A stretch of 52,638 bases of DNA, taken from assembly GCA_004298615.1 (NCBI GenBank), contig SCPX01000059.1:1-52638 (forward strand), given 5' to 3'. A model generated the notes under the pieces. That model made no database searches. It was not told the DNA's origin and was given only the letters and a program-made list of their open reading frames with translations. The position numbers and the translations under genes are program-made. Below, piece by piece: positions 10,233 to 17,896 of this stretch (position 1 is its first letter; every line of letters begins with the position of its first letter). The stretch comes from Patescibacteria group bacterium. Lineage in GTDB: Bacteria > Patescibacteriota > Patescibacteriia > SCPX01.

Positions 10233-10354
10233 ACTTGAAATTACGAAAAAATCGGCTAATTTCACAACGAAACAGCGCAAAAGCGCCTCGATCTTGTAAA
10301 GAGCCAATACAAACGAATTTCAAGTCAAAGGTCGTTATTAAAAAATCTTTGACT
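10233..10354 (+). promoter_or_regulatory. Structured 5' UTR
   Basis: ACTTGAAATT(10233-42)/AATTTCAAGT(10316-25) encloses nested GGCT/AGCC, ACAA/TTGT, CGA/TCG and GCGC-AAAA-GCGC. A second stem is AGTCAAAG(10323-30)/CTTTGACT(10347-54). Confidence 0.6.
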
Positions 10355-10369
10355 ATACGATAAAAAACT

Positions 10370-10726
10370 ATGGGCTATCAAGATCAAGGCGCCGGGCGCC
10401 AAATGTTTGATGTTTCATCTTTGGGAATCCAATGCGCGAGCTGCGGAACCAAAATCAATGAACTTCCGTTTGAACCCAAAAGCGATCGTCCCGTTTATTG
10501 CCGCGATTGTAATCGATCGCGCAATGCGGACAGACCGCAGCGCAGCAACTTCCGACAAAATCAAAATTTTGGAGGACCCAGGCAAACCTTTGATGTTTCT
10601 TCGTTAGGATTGAAGTGCGCTAATTGCCAGACCGGCATTACCGAACTTCCGTTTGAACCGAAAACCGATCAACCGGTTTACTGTCGCGAATGCAACCGCG
10701 AAAGACGGCAGAATTTCCGCCGCTAA
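10370..10726 (+). CDS. Tandem CxxC-x17-CxxC zinc-ribbon domain protein
   Basis: Two near-identical units FDVSSLG..CxxC...LPFEPK.D.PVYCRxC, separated by an R/N/Q/G-rich linker. Confidence 0.9.
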   Translation: MGYQDQGAGRQMFDVSSLGIQCASCGTKINELPFEPKSDRPVYCRDCNRSRNADRPQRSNFRQNQNFGGPRQTFDVSSLGLKCANCQTGITELPFEPKTDQPVYCRECNRERRQNFRR

Positions 10727-10751
10727 TTTTATTCAATTTTTTTGAGTAAAT

Positions 10752-10785
10752 AAAAACACCCCCCGCCAAAGGCGGGGGGTGTTTT
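10752..10785. terminator. Bidirectional intrinsic terminator
   Basis: AAAACACCCCCCGCC-AAA-GGCGGGGGGTGTTTT perfect hairpin with A/T tails. Confidence 0.9.
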
Positions 10786-10789
10786 GAAT

Positions 10790-11316
10790 TGCGATACGGC
10801 GATATTCCGCTCTCCGCACGGAGCTCTTGTCGACGGATCATAAGACCCCATCAACGAGCGCTCTGCATCACGCAGATCTTCAAGAAAATCATTTCCGTCA
10901 GTCATTCCCAAAAGGCTCGATAGATTTGCGGGATCCTTCGCGAGCCTCGGCCGGCGAAGAGATGTCCCGAACATGCTGACGCGATTGTAAGGAATGCTTT
11001 AAGAAATTTATTTCTTATTCCGAGAGCGGAATACTGCCGCATCGCATTGGCGCTTTTCGGTCACGAGTGGCGAACGATTGATGACAGCCGATGCCCGAAT
11101 ACGACTCGATGACTTCTGTCCGAAATAAACTTTGACGGATACAATCTGGGCGAATGAATCAGGCGGCGCTTTTTTTTCGGATGAATTATTTCCGGCGAGA
11201 AAAAAAATAATTTTGCAGGAATGATTCTTGACATATTGCCTCCATGGAGAAATAAAATAACCAACCCTATTTTGCCATCAATTAACAAAATTTTACGGTT
11301 GGTTTTTATTTCTTCT
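10790..11316 (-). ncRNA. Candidate large structured RNA of unknown family; core domain 10790-11046
   Basis: 25-bp long-range helix 11046-11022/10814-10790, whose mismatches read mostly as G-U on the minus strand. Several internal hairpins. Own promoter and an adjacent terminator, with only weak ORFs. Confidence 0.55.
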
Positions 11317-11322
11317 GATACA

Positions 11323-11352
11323 ATTATAGATCTTTCAAAATTGATCTGTCAA
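11323..11352 (-). promoter_or_regulatory. Strong sigma70 promoter pointing into the structured region
   Basis: TTGACA(11352-11347)-18-TATAAT(11328-11323). Confidence 0.78.
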
Positions 11353-11361
11353 TACCCCAAA

Positions 11362-11381
11362 AGTGGATAATGGGTGGATAA
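11362..11381 (-). promoter_or_regulatory. Two tandem DnaA-box-like motifs
   Basis: TTATCCACC and TTATCCACT on the minus strand, each 8/9 to TTATCCACA, 11 bp apart. Confidence 0.5.
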
Positions 11382-11425
11382 ATTGAGCATAACTCGTCGT
11401 ATTTCAAAGTTTTTGCCAACTACGG

Positions 11426-13420
11426 CTAAAATGCGTCAAAATGATTTTCCGCCACGACATCAATTGATTCATAAAAATCCTTTGGAATTTCAAGCAGAAA
11501 TTGGGATGGCGATCTCAGATTGGCAAAGCCCGCCATAGCGCTCCCGCCGGATATCGAATATGTGAGATAAAGCTTTGATTTGGCGCGCGTGGCCGCCACA
11601 TAAAAAAGCCGCCTTTCTTCCTCGATTTCGCCTTCCTTTACCGCTCTTGGGTAGGGAAACGCGTCAGCCGCCATATTTATAATAAAGACTACCTCCCATT
11701 CCAGGCCCTTCGCCTGGTGAATCGTGCTTAAAATCAATTTATCGTCGTCATTTTCCTCATCGCCGCGATCAACGGAAAATGATTCTTGTAAAGTAATTTC
11801 AGCCAAAAAAGGCTGTAATTTTTCATAGCGGCCCGCGAATTCAGCCAGAGTTTCCAAATCGGCCAGCCGCTCGGCCGCGTTCGGAAATTCATTTTCTAAA
11901 TATTCGCGATAATCGCCGGTGATCACAGCTTCAATCAGTTCGCGAGGATTATGCTCTTTCGCGATCAATTTTAGCAAGGTTTGTCTCAATTTTTGCCAAC
12001 CATCAAAAGCTCGGCCGCTTTTTTTATCACCCATAATTTGCGCCGATGTGATTTCCGGCAAAGAGGTATATTTTAAAATTTCCATTACGATCTTCTTGGC
12101 GCCAGCCTCGCCGATCCCATCTTGGTGAAGAAGGATGCGATTCCATGAAATTTCGTCTTTGGCATTTTCAATCACTTTGAGATGAGCCAAAACATCTTTG
12201 ATATGCGCGCGTTCAAAAAATCTTACTCCGCCTCTATACTCATAAGCGATTTCCCGCCTGGTCAATTCAAATTCCAGCACTTGCGAGTGGTGCGAGGCGC
12301 GAAAAAGAACGGCCATTTCGGAAAACGGCATACCTTCGGCGCGCAATTCCAAAATCCGTTGGACAATGAATTCCGCTTCTTCATCAGACGAAGACAGAGC
12401 GGCCACCCACGGCAAATCCTGCGATTTCTTGACGCTTTTCAGATTCTTCGGATATTGGCGCGAATTATTGGAAATGATTTTGTTGGCCAGCCCCAAAATT
12501 TCCGGAGACGAACGGTAATTCGTTTCAATTTTAAATGTTTTGGTTTTTGGAAAAAATTTCGGAAATTGCAAAATATTCTGAATCTCAGCGCCGCGAAAAG
12601 AGTAAATGCTTTGCGCGTCGTCCCCTACCACTAATATATTTCCGTGATGGCCGGACAAGCGCGTCACAATATCAGCTTGCAGGCGATTGGTGTCCTGATA
12701 TTCGTCTACCAAAATATACTTAAACATCCGCGAAAGGCTTTCTCTTACCTCCGGCTTTGAATCAAGAAGCAGGCGCAAAAGCTCCAAAAGATCGTCAAAA
12801 TCCACCAAATTGCTCTGCTTTTTCTTTTGCGCGAAAGCCGCGGCGATTCTGGTTATATCTCCCTGAATAGGCAAAAAATTAGGATAATACATTTCCAAGA
12901 GATTATTTACCGGCATTCTCGTATTGCGCGACAAACTGATTATTGAATGAAGCACAGATGCGGACGGGAATCGGCCTTTGGGAGGATTTTGATACAAATC
13001 TTTTAAGACTATTTTTAAAAGCGAAAGAGCGTCTTCTTGGTCAAGAATTGTAAAATTCGGTTCATAACCTATGGCACGCGCGTATTTTCGCAAAAGTATA
13101 TGAGCGATATGATGAAAAGTGCCGCCCCAGACGCCTTTGGGATAAACGCCGAAGACTTGAGTGATTCTGTCCAGCATTTCCCGCGCCGCCTTATTCGTAA
13201 ATGTCACCAGTAATATTTCTTCAGGTCTGACACCCTTTTCCAAAAGATAAGCCACCCGATACACGATGGTGCGGGTTTTTCCCGATCCGGCTCCGGCTAA
13301 GACTAAGCACGGACCGTCGCCGTTTAAGACTACTTCCAGTTGTTCCGGATTCAGTTCTTTTTTATAGTCAATTTTAAAATTAGCCGGCTCGTTTTCGCGG
13401 CGTAAGATATATTGAGACAT
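11426..13420 (-). CDS. UvrD/PcrA-family SF1 DNA helicase
   Basis: LAGAGSGKT, TFTNKAA, VDEYQDTN, VGDDAQSIYSFRGA, TIHQAKGLEW and EERRLFYVAATRAK motifs. Confidence 0.95.
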   Translation of the reverse strand: MSQYILRRENEPANFKIDYKKELNPEQLEVVLNGDGPCLVLAGAGSGKTRTIVYRVAYLLEKGVRPEEILLVTFTNKAAREMLDRITQVFGVYPKGVWGGTFHHIAHILLRKYARAIGYEPNFTILDQEDALSLLKIVLKDLYQNPPKGRFPSASVLHSIISLSRNTRMPVNNLLEMYYPNFLPIQGDITRIAAAFAQKKKQSNLVDFDDLLELLRLLLDSKPEVRESLSRMFKYILVDEYQDTNRLQADIVTRLSGHHGNILVVGDDAQSIYSFRGAEIQNILQFPKFFPKTKTFKIETNYRSSPEILGLANKIISNNSRQYPKNLKSVKKSQDLPWVAALSSSDEEAEFIVQRILELRAEGMPFSEMAVLFRASHHSQVLEFELTRREIAYEYRGGVRFFERAHIKDVLAHLKVIENAKDEISWNRILLHQDGIGEAGAKKIVMEILKYTSLPEITSAQIMGDKKSGRAFDGWQKLRQTLLKLIAKEHNPRELIEAVITGDYREYLENEFPNAAERLADLETLAEFAGRYEKLQPFLAEITLQESFSVDRGDEENDDDKLILSTIHQAKGLEWEVVFIINMAADAFPYPRAVKEGEIEEERRLFYVAATRAKSKLYLTYSISGGSAMAGFANLRSPSQFLLEIPKDFYESIDVVAENHFDAF

Positions 13421-13429
13421 AAAATTGGT

Positions 13430-13972
13430 TTATTTTGGCCGGCAAGTAAATATGGTATAAAGCGGCCAATTACTAAGAACCAATTCTTCTTTGGCGACTT
13501 TAAAATATTTTTTTAAGAATTTTCCGATGAGCGGATTAAATTGGTAAACCACGAATACGCCATTCGGTTTCAGTATTTTCGCCGTATGCGCCAAAATATA
13601 CTCCTTTTCCTTGGGCGCCAAATAAGTAAAGGGAATTCCGGAAATGGCGCAATCAACTGATTTTTCCATTCTCTTGGCTATAAATTCCTGCACTTTTCCG
13701 TGAAAAATCTCAAGTTTTGAATCATTGATTTTTTTCAAACTTCTGACCAGCTCCGGATTAGTGTCAATGGCGATCAATTTTGAACCATCCGGCATCTTTT
13801 TCAGCATCCCGCGCGTCACCGCGCCTTCTCCGGCTCCGTATTCCACGACCGTTTCCGCATTCTCAAGCGGCATTCTTTTAATAACATCTCTTACGAAATA
13901 TTTTGAGCTGGGGGTAAGCGCCCCAATCTGCGGGTCCTTTAAAAATTCAATAAAAAATTTAACGGCATTCAT
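13430..13972 (-). CDS. Class I SAM-dependent methyltransferase (phospholipid N-methyltransferase-like)
   Basis: IGALTPSS, VVEYGAGEG, ISGIPF and FQF motifs. Own extended -10 TGGTACAAT at ~14008-14000. Confidence 0.8.
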   Translation of the reverse strand: MNAVKFFIEFLKDPQIGALTPSSKYFVRDVIKRMPLENAETVVEYGAGEGAVTRGMLKKMPDGSKLIAIDTNPELVRSLKKINDSKLEIFHGKVQEFIAKRMEKSVDCAISGIPFTYLAPKEKEYILAHTAKILKPNGVFVVYQFNPLIGKFLKKYFKVAKEELVLSNWPLYTIFTCRPK

Positions 13973-14021
13973 AAAATGTAATTTAAGATTAATATTTACA
14001 TTGTACCAGAAATTTTTAAAT

Positions 14022-14220
14022 AAAAAAAGCCTGTCGTCAATAAACTGGAGGGGTCCCTCCTCGGGACGATTGATTTCACCCGCGCGAACGCGAATCGTAT
14101 CAATCAGGAAAGTTCAAAAGGCAGACAGAAGATTGCTCCTCCGCTTGCTTTATCCCTTTCTTTGTCCCCCCATTTTACTGAAGGCAGGCTGATTGGAATT
14201 TCTTGAAATGAACAATTTAA
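14022..14220 (-). ncRNA. Candidate ~170-200 nt structured RNA of unknown family
   Basis: Closing stem AGCCTG..TCAGTAAA..TGGGGG / CCTCCA..TTTATTGA..CAGGCT followed by a U-run. Inner hairpins with GCAA and UUCG loops. Dedicated promoter. Confidence 0.65.
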
Positions 14221-14226
14221 TGTATT

Positions 14227-14255
14227 AGTATAGCGCAGATTTCCAATCTTGTCAA
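14227..14255 (-). promoter_or_regulatory. Sigma70 promoter of the candidate RNA
   Basis: TTGACA(14255-14250)-17-TATACT(14232-14227). Confidence 0.8.
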
Positions 14256-14311
14256 TAGTGCGAACTAAAAAATGGCTAAGCTTAGCCATAAATACGAAAT
14301 TTACGCTATTA

Positions 14312-15745
14312 TTAAATTCGTTTCTTCATTACAATCCTTTCCGGCAGATCGCCTATGTCCCCCGCCCCCATAATCAGCACGCAATCATTTTTTTGTATAT
14401 GTCTTTTTAATAAATATTCAGCTTCTTTCAAGTCTTTGGAAAACAAAATCTCGCGAGACACTCCTTTTTCTCCGTCGCGGTCTTTTATGGCGCTAACCAA
14501 ATCGCTTGAACTTATTTTTTTATCTTTCTCGCTCATCCTTCCCAAGACTTTGTAAATTTCCGGCAAAATCACGACATCGGCCGCGTCAAAGCATTTTACA
14601 AAATTATCAAAAAGCTGCCGCGTGCGATTGTGCTGATGGGGCTGAAATACGGCTACAATGCGCCGCTTTGGAAAAATGGAACGCGCCGCCAAAAGAGTTT
14701 TCTCTACCGCCGTCGGATGATGCGCGTAATCGGAAATTATTATCGCTTCTCTATATTTTCCAACATTTTCAAACCTGCGCCAAATTCCAGCAAAATCATC
14801 AAAAACCTTGGAAACGATTTCGAAAGAAACTCCGTAAACATCCGCGGCCGCCAAAGCCGCCGTCGCATTATACACATTGAATTCACCGGGAATTTGCAGG
14901 CAAAAAGTCATTGCCTTATTTTTCAAAGAAACAGCATCAAAATATGTTTTCTCTTTTTTTACCGTAATGCTTGAAAATCTGACATCGCAATTCGCACCTT
15001 TGCCGAAACGGATTATTTTAATGTCCGGCCGTTTGGCTGAAACTTCATTTAAAACTTCTGCAACATTTCGATCATCGCCATTGGCGATCAAGGCGCCGTT
15101 TTTCTTTAATTTCAAAGTAAACTCTTTGAATGCCGAAATAACATTTTCCAGCGATTTGAAATAATCCAGATGCTCCGCCTCTATATTCGTAATAATGATA
15201 TTTTGCGGATCATATTGAAGAAATGCCCGCTTATATTCGCACACTTCAATCACGGCAATATTTGAATCGCCCTTGCGGAAATTGCCGTTGATTTCTTTGA
15301 TAATGCTACCGACTAAAATCGTCGGATCAACATCGCCTTTAAGGAGCGCCAGACCTGTAAGCGCCGCGGTCGTGCTTTTGCCATTGGTGCCGCAGATCGC
15401 GATTGTTTCCAAAGGATTGGAAAGCATGCCAAGCGCTTCGGGGTAGCTCAATACCGGAATTCCCGCTTTTTTAGCTTCCAGAATTTCCGGATTGTCTTCC
15501 GGCACGGCCGGGGACGCAATGATTATATCCGGCATGAATTCTTTGATATGATTCGGATTATGGCCGAAAACAATCGGTATTGAAGCGTTGCTCAAATCAT
15601 TGGTTATTTTTGATTCGGCCGCGTCGCAGCCGGAAACATTTTTTCCCAAAACCGAAAGCCAGCGGGCCAGGGCGCTCACGCCTATTCCTCCGATTCCGAT
15701 AAGATGCGCGTTACGCGCGGTGTGAAATTGTTTTAAGCTGTGCAT
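14312..15745 (-). CDS. murC: UDP-N-acetylmuramate--L-alanine ligase
   Basis: HLIGIGGIGVS, GTNGKSTT, DYAHHPT, FQPH and MGAGDI motifs. Confidence 0.95.
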   Translation of the reverse strand: MHSLKQFHTARNAHLIGIGGIGVSALARWLSVLGKNVSGCDAAESKITNDLSNASIPIVFGHNPNHIKEFMPDIIIASPAVPEDNPEILEAKKAGIPVLSYPEALGMLSNPLETIAICGTNGKSTTAALTGLALLKGDVDPTILVGSIIKEINGNFRKGDSNIAVIEVCEYKRAFLQYDPQNIIITNIEAEHLDYFKSLENVISAFKEFTLKLKKNGALIANGDDRNVAEVLNEVSAKRPDIKIIRFGKGANCDVRFSSITVKKEKTYFDAVSLKNKAMTFCLQIPGEFNVYNATAALAAADVYGVSFEIVSKVFDDFAGIWRRFENVGKYREAIIISDYAHHPTAVEKTLLAARSIFPKRRIVAVFQPHQHNRTRQLFDNFVKCFDAADVVILPEIYKVLGRMSEKDKKISSSDLVSAIKDRDGEKGVSREILFSKDLKEAEYLLKRHIQKNDCVLIMGAGDIGDLPERIVMKKRI

Positions 15746-16880
15746 TGGATCGATGTGAAGCTAAATGCGTAATCTCCCGTGTGATGGCCGCCGCGGCATT
15801 CGGGTGTGCCAAATTTTTGGCGTTTTTTGAAAGATCAGCCAATTTTTCCTTGCTGTTGATCAATTCCTTGATTTGGCGAAGCAATGTTTCGCCGTCAAAT
15901 TTTTCTTCATTAATAATAATAGCTGCGCCGTGCTTCGTGAAAATTTTCGCATTGGCTTCCTGGTGGCCGCCGGCGCCGCTTCCAAGCGGGATGATTATCA
16001 TCGGCTTTCCAAGCACCGCGAATTCCGATAAAGTGTTGGCCCCGGCGCGAGTAATGGCCAAATCGGCAATTGCCAGAGCGCCGGCCATATTGTCCGTAAG
16101 ATTGGGATATGCGCGATAGCCGAATCGCTCCAACCGAATGGCGTGCGGCGCGATTTTTACCCAATCCCGCTCGCCGGTCAGATGAATCACTTGGGCGATT
16201 TCCAAGATTGATTCAATGGCGCCCATCACCACCTGATTGATGCGCGATGCTCCCAAGGATCCGCCGGTCACCAGAATTACCGGTTTGGCGGGCTGAAATT
16301 TAAAAACGGCAAAAGCTTTTTCGCGATTGGCGTTTAGAATTTCGCTTCGGACGGGATTTCCCGAAAAACGGACATTTGATTTTATCGGGAAATATTTTTT
16401 AGCTTCGGTAAATCCGGTCAAGACAACGGTCGCGAAACGGCTGGCAATGCGATTGGCTAATCCAGGTATTACATCTGATTCATGAACGATCGTGGGAATT
16501 CCCAGAAGCTTTCCGGCGATAACCACGGGCAGGCTCACATACCCGCCTTTGGAAAAAATCACATCAGGCATAAAATCGGCGATTCTGAAATACGCCTGGA
16601 TGATGCCGATCGGCACTTTGAACATATCAATTAAATTTTGCCCGATTGATGACGGATCACCGCCAAAATCCAAGCCATTCGGCGTATAACGGCGGAATTT
16701 GCCGGCCGCGATATGTTCAAACGGAATATTGTGCCTTTGGGCAAAGTCTCTTTCCGGTCCGCTTTTAGATCCGATCCAAAGAATTTCAACGCGCGGATTT
16801 TCCTCGCGCAGTTCTTGGATTACGGCGTAAAGCGGCGTGATATGCCCTCCAGTCCCTCCCCCGGATACGATAACGCGCAT
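15711..16880 (-). CDS. murG: Lipid II GlcNAc transferase MurG
   Basis: GGGTGGH, KGGYVS, HESD, GGSLGA, RAGA and HQEAN motifs. Confidence 0.96.
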   Translation of the reverse strand: MRVIVSGGGTGGHITPLYAVIQELREENPRVEILWIGSKSGPERDFAQRHNIPFEHIAAGKFRRYTPNGLDFGGDPSSIGQNLIDMFKVPIGIIQAYFRIADFMPDVIFSKGGYVSLPVVIAGKLLGIPTIVHESDVIPGLANRIASRFATVVLTGFTEAKKYFPIKSNVRFSGNPVRSEILNANREKAFAVFKFQPAKPVILVTGGSLGASRINQVVMGAIESILEIAQVIHLTGERDWVKIAPHAIRLERFGYRAYPNLTDNMAGALAIADLAITRAGANTLSEFAVLGKPMIIIPLGSGAGGHQEANAKIFTKHGAAIIINEEKFDGETLLRQIKELINSKEKLADLSKNAKNLAHPNAAAAITREITHLASHRSNAQLKTISHRA

Positions 16881-16903
16881 AAATATTTATTAATGCTATT
16901 TTC

Positions 16904-17782
16904 TTAATCGTTTATAATTTTATTCACTATTCCATGCAAATCTTCGGCCGAATAGTATTCAATCGAGATTTTCCCTTTTGATTCCGTGCCACTTAATTCA
17001 ACCTTTGTCCCAAGCGCCGATCGCAATTTGTCCTCATGAATCGCCAAATTCGGATTTTTAGAAATTTTATTGGACGGTCTGTTTTTTCCGGACGGAGAAA
17101 CCGAATCGGATAATTGCCGCACGGTAAGCCTGTCGCGCAAAATCACTTCGGCGTACGCAATCTGTTTGGACGGTTCGGCGATCCCCAATAAAATCTTTCC
17201 GTGCCCCTCGGAGAGCTTTCCGGTACGGATATATTCTTGGATTTTTTCCGGTAATTTCAATAGCCGCAGGCTGTTGGCGACCGATTCGCGCGATTTGCCA
17301 ACTCTTTTGGCAACTTCTTCCTGTCCGTAGCGGAATTCATCAACCAATCTCTGGTAAGATTTGCCTCTTTCAATCGGATTCAAATCCTCGCGCTGGACAT
17401 TTTCAATAATGGCTATTTCCAGCTTATCTCGGCGGCCCAGCTCTTTTAGTACGACCGGCACTTCCGTCAGACCGGCTCGTTTGGCCGCGCGCAAACGCCT
17501 TTCTCCTGAAATCAATTCATAAGATCCGTCACCGTCTTTTGACGCGACTAAAGGCTCAATGATTCCGTGCACGCGGATTGAATCGGCCAGTTCTTCCAAT
17601 TTTTCCGGATTAAATGTTTCGCGCGGCTGATAAGGATTTCGCCTGATTTTATCAATGGGAATTACCAAAGCGCCGTTTCCCAGTACTTCCGGATAAGACG
17701 GCTTTATTATCTGATCAGAATTTGTTTTTACGCCCAAAAGAGATCCCAGTCCCCTTCCAAGCGATTTTTGCACTGTTGACAT
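16904..17782 (-). CDS. parB: ParB/Spo0J chromosome partitioning protein
   Basis: LGRGLGSLL, NPYQPR, GERRLRA and ENVQREDLNPIE motifs plus HTH. Confidence 0.95.
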   Translation of the reverse strand: MSTVQKSLGRGLGSLLGVKTNSDQIIKPSYPEVLGNGALVIPIDKIRRNPYQPRETFNPEKLEELADSIRVHGIIEPLVASKDGDGSYELISGERRLRAAKRAGLTEVPVVLKELGRRDKLEIAIIENVQREDLNPIERGKSYQRLVDEFRYGQEEVAKRVGKSRESVANSLRLLKLPEKIQEYIRTGKLSEGHGKILLGIAEPSKQIAYAEVILRDRLTVRQLSDSVSPSGKNRPSNKISKNPNLAIHEDKLRSALGTKVELSGTESKGKISIEYYSAEDLHGIVNKIIND

Positions 17783-17896
17783 ATATCTTTCAATGATTAT
17801 ATTTTACCACAGTCGCAAATGATAGGCAAATGATGCGGCTCTATGCGCATGGTGAGATTTTGCATTTTATGTCTGATTTAGTATAATAATATCAAT

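Noticed and set aside
10729-10974. 81-aa minus-strand ORF
   Set aside because: It has no SD, runs through the terminator hairpin and has no protein-like motif. The region is better explained as RNA structure.
10790-11316. tmRNA, RNase P, SRP or raiA identity for the structured region
   Set aside because: I found no tRNA-like ends, no GAGGAAAGUCC and no SRP helix-8 motif. There is only a superficial GGGGUC similarity to raiA.
11340-11425. Replication origin
   Set aside because: Only two imperfect DnaA boxes, no dnaA/dnaN nearby and no clear unwinding element.
14022-14220. FMN or other riboswitch for the methyltransferase
   Set aside because: It contains GGGUGAAAU but lacks the rest of the FMN consensus, and the downstream gene has its own -10.
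16904-17896. parS site or parA next to parB
   Set aside because: No TGTTTCACGTGAAACA-like palindrome was seen and there is no parA ORF in the window.
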